From an uncultured delta proteobacterium (lineage in GTDB: Bacteria; Desulfobacterota; Syntrophobacteria; Syntrophobacterales; Syntrophobacteraceae), in assembly GCA_963808625.1 (NCBI GenBank), contig CAWEHK010000017.1, positions 1-64,000 of the forward strand: a stretch of 64,000 bases of DNA, given 5' to 3'. The notes under the pieces were generated by a model. The model saw only the letters and a program-made list of their open reading frames with translations. It did no database searches and was not told where the DNA came from. The position numbers were made by a program, and so were the translations under genes. Below, piece by piece: positions 22,415 to 33,048 of the stretch. Within the stretch, counting starts at the first letter, position 1; the number at the start of each line of letters is the position of its first letter.

Positions 22415-22575
22415 CACAGGCAGGCGCATACCGGCGCGATAGCACACAGACCCTTGAAGGATTCCCACGAACACAGAACGAAACAAACCCGGTCGGACCA
22501 AGACGCCACGAAAGCGAGCGTTAGGGACCTGTATTGGTCCTTTTCAGATAGCATCCGGAACCACGGAGTTGGTCG

Positions 22576-22896
22576 ATGCGCAGCTCATCATCACGGAAAC
22601 TCGAGTGTTCTCCTGAGCATCGGAAAATACTGACAGAAACAGTCTTTAAGGAGTGCAGCCCGGGAACCGTTGTTAAGGATTTTGAGATACTTCTGGAATC
22701 TCTTCGACAGGGTGACTTGCGGATTACGGTCACCCAGCAGTTGCCAATCCGCGTGCTGCCGGAGCTCAATGCGCGTCTGACTCATCCCCTCGAATCGGGG
22801 CTGAGGCGTCCGCAGCAGAAATCGTATCCGCATCTTAACGGACTTTACCTGTTGGTGCGCGCATCAGGGCTGACCTATGTCGGAGGGACTCGATAG
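22576..22896 (+). pseudogene. N-terminal fragment of a conserved protein (recalled as pRiA4b ORF-3-associated)
   Basis: PGTVVKDFEILL...ELNARL...RPQQKSYPHLNGLYLLVRASGL; ends abruptly. Confidence 0.4.
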
Positions 22897-22966
22897 TCTA
22901 CTTGTATGACTAAGGAAGCTCATGCTTCCCCGCCTTCTAAGCATCAGGGGGTGTCCGCATGTCCAG

Positions 22967-23022
22967 GGAAGCTGGAGCTTCCCAACATATGGGTTCCCAA
23001 GCCAGAGCTTGGGAACCAGCTT
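22967..23022. repeat. REP-like GTTCCCAAGC...GCTTGGGAAC element
   Basis: 22990-23022 is the exact 33-bp reverse complement of 35001-35033. Confidence 0.8.
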
Positions 23023-23130
23023 GAGCCAGTTTCTGGGGGGAATTCTTAGCCAAACCACGATTGCAGGTGCAATGGGGTTGTCACCGTCCCGGGGTGATGA
23101 CGTTACGCTCCGAACTTACGAGGGGAAATC

Positions 23131-23601
23131 ATGGCAAAAAAGAAAACCTGGCGCGAGAAGCTGATGGCAGCCAAGGATCTGCCGAGGGTTGTTTCGTTGA
23201 ACGAAAATGCTCAAAAACATTGGAAGGGCAGGACCATGGTGATTCCCTCTCCGTTGGAAGTCAATGACATCATGGCGGAAGTTCCGGAGGGGAAACTCAT
23301 TACCATCAGCGAAATACGCCAAATGGTTGCGCGGAAGCATGGGGCCGATATTGGATGCCCCCTGACCTGCGGGATTTTTTCGTGGATTGCCGCGCATGCC
23401 GCCGTCGAGGCGGCCGCGGAAGGCGAACGCGAGACCATCCCCTATTGGCGAACCCTGAAGACGGGCGGAGAATTGAATCCCAAGTACCCGGGAGGAATCG
23501 AGGCGCAAAAGAAGCTTCTCGAATCCGAGGGGCATCGAGTCATTCAGAAAGGCAAGAAATACCTGGTGGAAAATTACGAGAATTGCCTGGTGGAATCTTG
23601 A
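23131..23601 (+). CDS. MGMT/ATL-family DNA-binding protein
   Basis: VPEGKLIT, CPLTCGIF and PYWRTLK motifs; lacks the PCHR catalytic motif. Confidence 0.8.
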   Translation: MAKKKTWREKLMAAKDLPRVVSLNENAQKHWKGRTMVIPSPLEVNDIMAEVPEGKLITISEIRQMVARKHGADIGCPLTCGIFSWIAAHAAVEAAAEGERETIPYWRTLKTGGELNPKYPGGIEAQKKLLESEGHRVIQKGKKYLVENYENCLVES

Positions 23602-23698
23602 AAAGCTCATGAGGAGTCTCTTGCTGATTTTTTCAAATCTGATAATGTCACGCTTAATTGTCGGGAATCAGTACTGAAACCGGTAGCAGAAAGGGAGG

Positions 23699-24691
23699 AT
23701 GGCAATGCAACGTTTGGTTACTCTGATAGTCATTGCGGCGAGCGTGTTCGTGCTGGGCGTCGGGGCCCCGGGTCCGGCGCTCGCCAAAGAAGTCATCAAG
23801 CTTGGACTGGTAACGATTCCGGGATCGGCTCAGAATATTTGTGCCGAGAAATTCAAAGAGCTCCTCGAATCCCGAGCCGACTACGAGGTCAAAATATTCC
23901 ACAGCGCCACCCTCGGGACGGAAACCGAAATTCTTCAGCAGATCCAGATGAATTCCGTCCAGATGGGGATTATCACCGATGGGCCTTTCGATACTTTTGT
24001 TCCGGAAGCGCGGGTGATCGGGTATCCGTTTCTCTTTGCGAACTACCAGCAGGTGGACAAGGTCCTCGATGGTCCCCCCGGGCAGGAGCTCCTCGCCCGC
24101 CTGGAAAAAGCCGGGTTCAAGGGCCTGGCCTTTTCCGAAAACGGCTTCCGGAACCTCACCAACAACAAACGCCCCGTGCACACGGTGGACGATGTTTCCG
24201 GCCTGAAAATTCGCGTGATGGAATCTGCTCTCCACAAGGAATTGTGGCGCCTCCTCGGAGCCAACCCCACCCCCATGGGCTGGCCGATCTTTACGGAACT
24301 GCAGCAGGGCACCATCGATGCACAGGAAAACCCGCTGTCGGTCATCACCAATTACCGGCTCTATGAAGTGCAGAAATACCTGACACTCACCGCGCACGTT
24401 TATTCCTCCCATATCGATGTGGCGAATCTCAAATGGTTTCAGGGCCTTCCTGCGGCAGACCAGGAGCTGATCCGGAAGTGTATGACGGAAGCGGCGGCCT
24501 ATCAGCGAAACTGGAATCGAACCAATGAAGCGGGCTTTCTGGCGAAACTGAAAGAAGCCGGTATGACCGTGGATGAGCAGCCCGATCTCGCGTCCTTCCG
24601 GGCTAAAGTAGCGCCGATCAAGAATATGGAAATTTTTCAGGGACCACAGGTCCAGGACTTGCTGCAGGTGTTTCTGAAAGCGGCGCAGTGA
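23699..24691 (+). CDS. dctP: TRAP substrate-binding protein
   Basis: Signal peptide; ENGFRN, GLKIRVM and LQQGTIDAQENP motifs. Confidence 0.93.
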   Translation: MAMQRLVTLIVIAASVFVLGVGAPGPALAKEVIKLGLVTIPGSAQNICAEKFKELLESRADYEVKIFHSATLGTETEILQQIQMNSVQMGIITDGPFDTFVPEARVIGYPFLFANYQQVDKVLDGPPGQELLARLEKAGFKGLAFSENGFRNLTNNKRPVHTVDDVSGLKIRVMESALHKELWRLLGANPTPMGWPIFTELQQGTIDAQENPLSVITNYRLYEVQKYLTLTAHVYSSHIDVANLKWFQGLPAADQELIRKCMTEAAAYQRNWNRTNEAGFLAKLKEAGMTVDEQPDLASFRAKVAPIKNMEIFQGPQVQDLLQVFLKAAQ

Positions 24692-24762
24692 GGTGGCCCA
24701 TGCAAGGGCGGGTTGGAAAACCCGCCCTCCGTTGGGGGGATGTGTTTGAAAGCGGGGCAGTA

Positions 24763-25245
24763 ATGAGACACTGGGTGGGTTTGCTGAGTGAGCGGGCCGG
24801 CAGGGCAACCGAGATTCTGCTTTGCATCATCGGTTCGAGCATGGCCCTGCTCATCGGGGTCCAGGTCTTCAGCCGGTATGTCCTCAACCACTCCCTGTTC
24901 TGGTCGGAGGAAGTCGGGCGCATCTGCCTCGTGTGGATTACCTTTCTCGGCGGCAGTGCCGCCTACCGCCGGCATGCTCACATCGGGATCGATTTCTTTG
25001 CGAATCTTTTGCCTCCGCAGCTGCGACGCGCTTCCGAAATCCTGGTGCTGACGGCATCCCTGCTCTTTTTCCTGGTGCTCGTTGGTTACGGTTCGGCTTT
25101 CGTCTGGTTTGTATCGGCCCAAAAGACGGCTGCCCTGGGCTTGCCTACGGCCGTGCCATACCTGGTCATCCCCGTGGGAGGCGCCCTCTTTTTCCTGCAC
25201 GGCTTGAGGGACCTCCTCGAACGCCTCTCTCCCGACAGCGCCTGA
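24763..25245 (+). CDS. dctQ: TRAP small permease
   Basis: QVFSRYVLN, WSEE and HIGID motifs; four hydrophobic segments. Confidence 0.9.
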   Translation: MRHWVGLLSERAGRATEILLCIIGSSMALLIGVQVFSRYVLNHSLFWSEEVGRICLVWITFLGGSAAYRRHAHIGIDFFANLLPPQLRRASEILVLTASLLFFLVLVGYGSAFVWFVSAQKTAALGLPTAVPYLVIPVGGALFFLHGLRDLLERLSPDSA

Positions 25246-25248
25246 GCG

Positions 25249-26526
25249 ATGACCACCGCCGTCTTAATCAGCACGCTGTTCTTCCTTTTCCTGATCAATG
25301 CACCCATCGGCTTGGCCATCGGGCTGTCGTCCCTGGCGGCGCTCCTGGTAAAGGGAGAATTCTCCCTGATGATGGTGATCCAGCGTCTTTACGCCGGCAC
25401 CGATTCGTTTCCCCTCATGGCGGTCCCGCTTTTTATGCTTGCCGGGGCGCTGATGGAGGCCGGGGGCATTTCCCGGCGGGTGGTGCATCTGGCGGAGGCC
25501 CTGGTCGGGTTTTTGCCGGGGGGGCTGGCGGCCGTAGCCATCGTGGCCTCGATGTTTTTTGCCGGTATTACCGGTTCGTCGGCTGCCGATACGGCGGCGG
25601 TCGGAGCGCTCCTGATTCCGGAGATGGTAAAGAGGGGCTACAACCGCGGGTTTGCCAGTGCGGTGCAAGCCGCGGGAGGGTCCCTCGGCGTCGTCATCCC
25701 CCCGAGCATTCCCATGATCATCTTCGGCTTCCTGACCGGGGCTTCGGTCAGCAAGCTCTTCCTGGCGGGTATTTTGCCCGGTTTGCTGATCGGCCTGAGC
25801 CTGGTGGTCGTGTCGACCTTGCTGTGCTGGGGATTGCACTATGGGAAGATGGAATCCTTTTCCTTGAGACACCTGGGCCAGGCCTTCTGGGACGCGAAGT
25901 GGGCGCTGGGGGCCCCGGTGGTGATCCTTGGCGGCATTCTGGGAGGGATCTTTACCGCTACGGAATCAGCGGCCGTGGCCGTTTTCTATGGTCTTTTCGT
26001 GGGCCTTTGCGTGCACCGCCAGCTGAAACTGAAGGATCTTCCGGAAATCGTCATCCGTTCCATGCTCATCTCGAGCGTGGTCCTGCTGATTATTGCTACG
26101 GCGGCGGTCTTCAGCTGGATTATGGCGATCGAGGAGATCCCGGCAACGATCGCCTCCAAGATGCTATCCTGGAGCCATGACCCCACCGTGCTTCTGATTC
26201 TGATCAACGTCATGCTGCTGATTGCCGGGACTTTCGTGGAAACGACCGCAGCGCTGATCCTGCTGGTGCCGGTGTTGATTCCGCTCGTCCCGAAGCTGGG
26301 CGTCGATATGGTGCAACTGGGAGCAATCGTCGTGGTCAATCTTTCCATCGGGATGCTGACCCCACCCCTCGGGATTTGTCTCATTGTGGCCTGTGGCATC
26401 GCCGGCGCTCGGCTGGAAGAGGCCATTCGAAACATCGTCCCCTTTCTCCTGATCCTCCTGGTTGACTTGATGCTGATTACCTTTTGGTCGCCGCTGACGC
26501 TCTGGATACCGCAATTCTTGCGATAA
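25249..26526 (+). CDS. dctM: TRAP large permease
   Basis: MAVPLFMLAG, GSSAAD, IPPSIPMI and GMLTPPLG motifs. Confidence 0.93.
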   Translation: MTTAVLISTLFFLFLINAPIGLAIGLSSLAALLVKGEFSLMMVIQRLYAGTDSFPLMAVPLFMLAGALMEAGGISRRVVHLAEALVGFLPGGLAAVAIVASMFFAGITGSSAADTAAVGALLIPEMVKRGYNRGFASAVQAAGGSLGVVIPPSIPMIIFGFLTGASVSKLFLAGILPGLLIGLSLVVVSTLLCWGLHYGKMESFSLRHLGQAFWDAKWALGAPVVILGGILGGIFTATESAAVAVFYGLFVGLCVHRQLKLKDLPEIVIRSMLISSVVLLIIATAAVFSWIMAIEEIPATIASKMLSWSHDPTVLLILINVMLLIAGTFVETTAALILLVPVLIPLVPKLGVDMVQLGAIVVVNLSIGMLTPPLGICLIVACGIAGARLEEAIRNIVPFLLILLVDLMLITFWSPLTLWIPQFLR

Positions 26527-26680
26527 AAAGTGGGGCCGGGTGGTGGCGATGATCTCTTTTGGAGCGTGTCCCAAAAGTACTTCCGAACCGCAATGCGTCA
26601 TTCCGGCGAAAGCCCATTGGCGTCAATTTAACCCGATGGAAGGCGCATGGTCGTTCACGATCAGGATGGTGCAATTCTTT

Positions 26681-26922
26681 TACCCCTAAGGGGTTGTATA
26701 GTTAAGCCCAGGGTCAGCTAAGCGCCACCCTGGGTATGGGTGCACAACAAGGATCCATACCCTGAAAGGGTTACATAAAAAGGATGTCTAATAACAGATT
26801 CGGGTGCTCGCCATGGTTCTCTTTGATGTAACCCCTTCAGGGTAAAATGGTTTATGGCATCTCCTGACCCAGGGTGGCGCTACCGCTGACCCTGGGCTGA
26901 CTTATGAAACCCCTTCGGGGTA
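26681..26922. repeat. REPIN/MITE-like nested inverted-repeat element
   Basis: ACCCCTAAGGGGTT...AGCCCAGGGTCAGC...GCGCCACCCTGGGT is mirrored by ACCCAGGGTGGCGC...GCTGACCCTGGGCT...AACCCCTTCGGGGT. Confidence 0.78.
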
Positions 26923-27016
26923 GATAGGGAATGCTTAAGTTGGCGCACATGGGTTTTCGCCGGGGTGACGGGTTAAAAGGGCTTTTTCGACACCCTCGTG
27001 CCTGGAGGTGGGTGGA

Positions 27017-28304
27017 ATGAGGCCGCAGGAAAAGGATACGACGGACGCCAGCGATATCCGCTGGCTCGCCTTTTCTGCAGCGCCCGGGTGGCCTTCTGCT
27101 TCATCTTTACGAGCTACTCGGCGGCCCTGCCGCTCCTGCGGAGCGACTGGTCGATGAGCGCAGCCCAGGCGGGCATGGTTCAGTCCGCCTGGCATCTCGG
27201 GTTCCTGGTTTCCCTGTTCATCGTGGGGTTCCTGGGCGATCGGTTTGGGGCGAAACGGACCTACCTGTGGAGTGCCATTGCCGCCGGCACCAGCGCTCTG
27301 GTCTTTGCCGTCTTCGCCTCGGATTTCGTCTCCGGGGCCCTCCTGTACGGATTTGCCGGGCTGTGCTCGGGCGGGTCTTACACCCCGGGCCTCACCCTTA
27401 TCGCGGAACGGTTTCCGCCTGCGACCCGGGGCCGCGCCATGGGCTTTTTCCTGGCCGCCGGTTCCCTCGGTTTTGCCCTGTCGGTGGTCGTCTCGAGCCG
27501 GCTTTTCCCATCGGCGGCTGGCGCCTCGCCTTCCTGGTAACCTGCAGCCTGCCTGCGGTCGGGTTGGTGATTTCCTTGCCGGCTTTGCGCGACACCCCCA
27601 ACGTCATTCATGCGGCACCCGGCAGTCAGGCGGTGTGGCCTGCGATTGTGACGGTCCTCAAGAACAAACCCGCCCTCCTGTCGATGCTCGCCTACACCTT
27701 CCACTGCTGGGAACTTCTCGGCATGTGGGCGTGGCTTCCCGCCTATCTGGCCACGGCGGCCCTGGCGACCTCCGGGCAGATGGACTCGGCCGCCGCTGCC
27801 GTCGGCATGGGGGTGCTCCTTTCGGGCCTTACCTACCTGACGAGCATGCTCGGCAGCCTCCTTGGCGGGACGCTGTCCGACCGCTGGGGGCGGACCTTGA
27901 CGATGCTGCTCTTTTCGTGCATGAGCCTTGCCTTTTCGTTCACCTTCGGGTGGATGCTCGGCTGGCCGCTGGCGGTCCTGTTCGTGGCCGCCGCGTGCTA
28001 CAATCTCTCCGCGATTGCCGATTCCTCGATCTACTCGACGGCCCTCACCGAACTGGTCGAACCGCGATACATCGGCGCCGCCTACGCCGTGCGCTCGGTG
28101 CTGGGGTTCGGTGCCGGGGTGATCAGCCCGTGGGTCTTCGGCCTGGTGATGGACATGGCCCGGGGCGTCCCGTTCTCATCGGAGCGGCTGGGTTGGGGGT
28201 TGGCGTGGATGAGCCTGGGCCTGGGGGCGCTGCCGAGCCCCTTCATGAGCTGGTGGCTGCGGCGGCGCCCGGAAGCGGCGCAAATGGCCCGGGGACTTCG
28301 TTAG
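27017..28304 (+). CDS. MFS transporter (frameshifts near 27070 and 27510)
   Basis: GFLGDRFGAK and GTLSDRWGR loop motifs; about 12 hydrophobic segments. Confidence 0.88.
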
Positions 28305-28330
28305 GCGCAGGATGGGGGTTGGCGTTTTCC

Positions 28331-28420
28331 CACGCGAAGACGCGAAGACACGAAGAGAAGACAAAAAGTTGATCGTCGAAATCATTCTTTTCTCTCTTCG
28401 CGTCTTCGCGTCTTCGCGTG
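28331..28420. repeat. Inverted CGCGAAGA-unit repeat arrays
   Basis: CACGCGAAGACGCGAAGACACGAAG and CTTCGCGTCTTCGCGTCTTCGCGTG. Confidence 0.75.
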
Positions 28421-28532
28421 AGATTTGTTTGGTAACCTCACCGGCAGGGCGTGAAATTGACATCCCCAAAGGACGAAGTGGTTAATGGCATGGGGGCTGT
28501 TGATTTATGGCGTATAGGAAGGGAAGGGCCTT

Positions 28533-29859
28533 ATGATCGAAAAGGTGATCATCGTGGGAGCAGCGGGCAGGGATTTTCATAATTTCAACGTCTATTTTAA
28601 GGACAACCCGCGCTACCAGGTCATTGCGTTCACGGCGGCGCAAATTCCCAGCATCGAGCGCCGGGTATTTCCGCCCGAATTGGCAGGAGCCCATTATCCG
28701 GATGGCATCCCGATCTACCCCGAAGGAGAGATGGCGTCGCTGATTCGCGAGCATCGCATCGATCTGGTAGCCTTTTCCTACAGCGATATCTCCCATATCG
28801 AAGTCATGCACCGGGCTTCGGTGGCCATGGCGGAAGGCGCCGACTTCATCCTGCTCGGCGCCACCTACACCATGCTCAAGGCAAAGAAGCCGGTGATCGC
28901 GGTGTGCGCGGTCAGAACGGGCGCCGGCAAATCGCCGACGACGCGCAGGATCTGCGAAATCCTTCGGAAACGGAGTCAAAAGGTGGTGGTGGTGCGCCAT
29001 CCGATGCCTTACGGCGACTTGAAGAGCCGAGGTTGCCCAGCGCTTTGCCTCCTACGATGACCTTGACCGCCATCACTGCACCATCGAAGAACGCGAGGAA
29101 TACGAGCATCTGCTCGACCGGGGCATCGTCGTTTACGCCGGGATCGACTACGGCCAGATCCTGGCCCAGGCGGAAGCGGAAGCCGACATCATCATCTGGG
29201 ACGGCGGCAACAACGATACGCCCTTTTACCATCCCGACTGCCACATCGTCATCTTCGATCCCCACCGCGCCGGCCATGAACGGCTTTACTATCCCGGCGA
29301 AACCAACATGCTCATGGCCGATGTGGCGATCATCAACAAGGTCGACACGGCCCGGCCGGAGGATATCGACACGGTGCGCAGGAATATTGAACGATACTCC
29401 CGAAACCCCGACATTGTCCTTGCCGCATCCCCGGTTTCCGTCGACCATGCGGACCAGGTCCGGGGCAAGCGCGTCCTGGTCGTGGAGGACGGCCCGACCC
29501 TCACGCACGGCGAGATGCCCTTCGGTGCCGCCACCATCGCCGCTTGCAGCTATGGTGCCGCCGAACTCGTCGACCCGCGTCCCCATGCGGTCGGCACCAT
29601 TCGCGACGCCTATTCCCGCTATCCCCACATCGGCGCGCAGCTGCCCGCGATGGGCTACAGCGAGCAGCAGATTAAGGATCTCGAGGCAACCATCAACGCT
29701 GCAGATTGCGACCTGGTGATCTATGCCACCCCGATCAACCTGACCCGGATTATCGCCATCGATAAACCCACCATCAGGGTCCGCTACGAATACCGGGATC
29801 ACGGCCACCCGACGCTGGAAGAGGTGCTCCTGAAAAGGATGGAAGGTCTCTTGGACTGA
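28533..29859 (+). CDS. cDPGS-like P-loop protein, probable arginine synthetase ArcE (frameshift near 29025)
   Basis: GAAGRDFHNFN, AVRTGAGKS, RHPMPYG, TIEEREEYE, WDGGNND and VEDGPTLTHG motifs; directly upstream of carbamate kinase. Confidence 0.8.
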
Positions 29860-29892
29860 TCAATTGGAATGATTTGAAGAGGAGGTGATCCC

Positions 29893-30867
29893 TTGATTTC
29901 GGGTTCCAAGCGGCAAGGAAAACAGCAAATCCTGCTCGTGGCTCTCGGAGGCAATGCCTTGATCCGCAGGGGGCAGGCCGGGACCATCGAGGAGCAGTTT
30001 GCCAACCTCAGTTTGCCGATGAGCCAGATCGCAAGGCTTTCCCGGGAATACCGGATCATCATCACCCACGGGAATGGACCTCAGGTCGGCAACCTCATGC
30101 TCCAGCAGGAATGCTGTGACCGCGTGCCCCGCTTGCCCCTCGAGATCCTCGTCGCCCAGACCCAGGGCCAGATCGGGTACATGATCGAATCCACGCTCGA
30201 TAACGAGTTCATGAAGCTCGGACTGGACACCGAGAAGTATTTCGTATCGCTCCTCAGCTACGTGGTCGTGGACGAACATGACCCCGCCTTTCACAACCCT
30301 TCCAAACCCATCGGTCCGGCGTTCCCGGAGGAAGCGGCAGCGCGCCTCCCTTATCCCACGGTAAAGACCCCGAAAGGCTACCGGCGCGTGGTGGCGTCGC
30401 CGAAGCCGGTCACCATCGTGGAAAAACGGGAGATCCGGAAGCTGATCGAACTGGGTTTCATCGTGATTGCCTGCGGCGGCGGAGGAATTCCTGTGGTGCG
30501 CGAGCGGCGCACGTTTCACGGCGTCGACGCGGTCATCGATAAAGACCTTGCCAGTGCCAAGCTGGCCGAAGAAGTGGGTGTGGACATCTTTCTCATGGCA
30601 ACGGACGTAGCAGCTGCAGCGGTTGCTTATGGGCGACCGGAACAGCGATTTCTTCGGACTTTGACGGTGGCGGAAGCCGAGCGCTATCTGCGTGAGGGAG
30701 AATTTCCGCCCGGTTCCATGGGTCCGAAGGTGGAAGCGGCGATACAGTTTCTCACAAGTGGCGGGAAGCGGGCCATCATCGCCTCCATCGAGAATATTGA
30801 ACGAGCGGTTGCGGGACAGGTGGGGACGGAGATCGTGAAAGAGGTCGTAAAAGCCAGCCGGTCATAA
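29893..30867 (+). CDS. arcC: Carbamate kinase
   Basis: VALGGNAL, THGNGPQVG, RRVVASPKP, AVIDKD and GSMGPKVEAA motifs. Confidence 0.95.
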   Translation: MISGSKRQGKQQILLVALGGNALIRRGQAGTIEEQFANLSLPMSQIARLSREYRIIITHGNGPQVGNLMLQQECCDRVPRLPLEILVAQTQGQIGYMIESTLDNEFMKLGLDTEKYFVSLLSYVVVDEHDPAFHNPSKPIGPAFPEEAAARLPYPTVKTPKGYRRVVASPKPVTIVEKREIRKLIELGFIVIACGGGGIPVVRERRTFHGVDAVIDKDLASAKLAEEVGVDIFLMATDVAAAAVAYGRPEQRFLRTLTVAEAERYLREGEFPPGSMGPKVEAAIQFLTSGGKRAIIASIENIERAVAGQVGTEIVKEVVKASRS

Positions 30868-31419
30868 GCTGTGCGCCTAACGGCAGAAACAGTGAATCCA
30901 CAAAAAGTTGTTCAAATGTTCCCACCTGAATCATTATGTTTCTGATATCACAAGGGAAATCTTCGCATTCCCGGTGTCTGGGCGATGACCGCAAAGACGT
31001 AAGGAATACCCTTCCAGCGCACAAAAATACATTTTCACCAATATTTATGCGGAATTGGCTTGACAAGGGCAGTTTTTATGGGCTAGTGGTTGAGCAATTT
31101 GGGGCTGCTGCCGGGGCGGGATTGATCGAAATGGTGAGAGAACCCGCACAAGGAAGCTCAACGGCAGCGATCACGGTACATTAGAGCAGTGGTAACAGGC
31201 TGATATGACTGGTGTTCAATTCCTGCCCGATGACTGGCAGGGCCGCGGAGGCAAGCTTCCGTTGCCCCGCAACGGTAGTTCCTGCCTTATTATTCCACGA
31301 GATTTTTCCATTTTTGTTTTTCAGTTGACGCACATCTGTGCACGTCTTGTCGGTATTTCACTCTTGGTCCGCTCAGCCTGGGCGTGACTTGGCTCATGGC
31401 AAAGGGGGAAGGAGGAAAG

Positions 31420-33003
31420 ATGACCCGAACGGAAATGCCCAGAACGATCTTCTATGGCGCTCTTATGCTTGCTGTGCTCGCGGTCCTGGCGGGATGCAGC
31501 ACGACTCCTAAAACCGCAGCATCCAAGCCGGTCTGTGAGACCTGCAAGCTCGACAACCAGGCCGAATACACCCAGGCCAAACGCGAACACGCCAAGACCG
31601 AGCTCGTGGTTCCCGACGAGCCTGCCGTTGATTTGTGGACGAGGCGCTACGCCGGCGAAAAACATAAAGGCTTCCAGGTCCTGCTCGATCGGGCTCAGGA
31701 CTATGTCGTCCCGTGCCAGGAGATTTTCAGGCAACAGGGAGTGCCGGAAGACCTCGTTTATGTTGCCCTGGTGGAAAGCGGCTTTACTCCGACGGCCCGC
31801 TCCCATGCCAATGCCGTCGGCATGTTTCAGTTTATCGAATCGACCGGCAAACGCTACCGATTGGAACAGAACCATTGGATCGACGAACGCCGCCATCCGC
31901 TTAAGGCCGCCCGGGCCGCTGCCGAATATCTGTCGTTCCTTTACGATACCTTGGGGTCCTGGCCGCTCGCCATTGCCGGCTACAACTGCGGCGAAAAGGC
32001 CGTGCAGGCGGCCCTCGATCAGAGCAAGCTGCAGACCTTTTGGGAACTTGCGCAATCCGGCTACCTGCCCCTGGAAACTCGCGAATACGTGCCCAAGGTT
32101 TATGCTACCGTCAAGATTGCGCGAAACACCAAGCTGTATGGGTTCCACTACAATCCCCAGCACTACGCGCCAAAACATGAGACCGTGTCCGTTCCCGGAG
32201 GCGTGAAACTGTCATGGATCGAAAAACAGACCGGAGTTCCGGAATCATCCCTGCGCACCTGCAATCCGGAGCTTTGCCAGGCGGCCACCCCGCCGGGGGA
32301 TTCAGCCTATGAACTCTGCGTCCCCATCGGCACCGGGGGATCGGTCCAGACGGCCCTCGCCACCTGCCCCTTGCCGCCGCCGGAAGAAAAAGCTGTGGCC
32401 AGACCGCTTCCGGTCCGTGAAGAAAGGCCTGCCGCTAAGCCCCTGCCCAGCAGTTATCAGCCTTATGCAGACGCTCGGAAGCTGGACGTTCGGGAAGAGA
32501 AATCTGCCGCTAAATCCCTCGCGCTCAAGAACGTGGGCGAGGCCAGAAGTGTGGTCGCAGCCGGCCCCTCCAGTTGCACCGTAAAGCCCGGTGATACCTG
32601 GTTCAGCCTTGCGCGGAAGTACCAGTGCTCAGTTGCGGACTTGGCGTCCTACAACGGTTTGAAACCGACAGCTCAGTCACTCAAGACCGGCCAAACCTTG
32701 AAGGTCCCGCCCACGGGCCAGGTCATGCTGGCGGCCGCGAAGAAAGATGCGTCTGCAAAGCACTCAACCCCGCTGGCAATCCCTGCAAAGGCCACCGCCC
32801 CGGCTAAGAAAGTTTGCATCGCTTACCCCGTTCGCCCCGGAGACACCCTCTATTCGATTGCAGGAAAATTTCACGTTTCGGTTGAGGAACTTTCAACGAA
32901 TAACAGGCTGCGCCAAGGGCAGAAACTGGTTGCGGGCAATACCCTGAATATCTGTTCCAGCGACAGCATGTCCAATGACCGGACCGCGAAAAAGAGAAAC
33001 TGA
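31420..33003 (+). CDS. Lytic transglycosylase lipoprotein with LysM domains (MltD-like)
   Basis: Lipobox LAGC; VESGF, AVGMFQF, YNCGE and ETREYV motifs; LysM repeats VKPGDT and VRPGDT. Confidence 0.92.
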   Translation: MTRTEMPRTIFYGALMLAVLAVLAGCSTTPKTAASKPVCETCKLDNQAEYTQAKREHAKTELVVPDEPAVDLWTRRYAGEKHKGFQVLLDRAQDYVVPCQEIFRQQGVPEDLVYVALVESGFTPTARSHANAVGMFQFIESTGKRYRLEQNHWIDERRHPLKAARAAAEYLSFLYDTLGSWPLAIAGYNCGEKAVQAALDQSKLQTFWELAQSGYLPLETREYVPKVYATVKIARNTKLYGFHYNPQHYAPKHETVSVPGGVKLSWIEKQTGVPESSLRTCNPELCQAATPPGDSAYELCVPIGTGGSVQTALATCPLPPPEEKAVARPLPVREERPAAKPLPSSYQPYADARKLDVREEKSAAKSLALKNVGEARSVVAAGPSSCTVKPGDTWFSLARKYQCSVADLASYNGLKPTAQSLKTGQTLKVPPTGQVMLAAAKKDASAKHSTPLAIPAKATAPAKKVCIAYPVRPGDTLYSIAGKFHVSVEELSTNNRLRQGQKLVAGNTLNICSSDSMSNDRTAKKRN

Positions 33004-33048
33004 GTCGCTGGCACCGCGATCCCATGGGCAGAAGAGACCGACGGGAGA

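Noticed and set aside
31101..31230. tmRNA, tRNA, SRP or a canonical riboswitch
   Set aside because: The GGGGCTG start and GTTCAATTCC resemble tmRNA/tRNA parts, but there is no acceptor stem or CCA, the length is wrong, and the SRP and SAM-I core motifs are missing.
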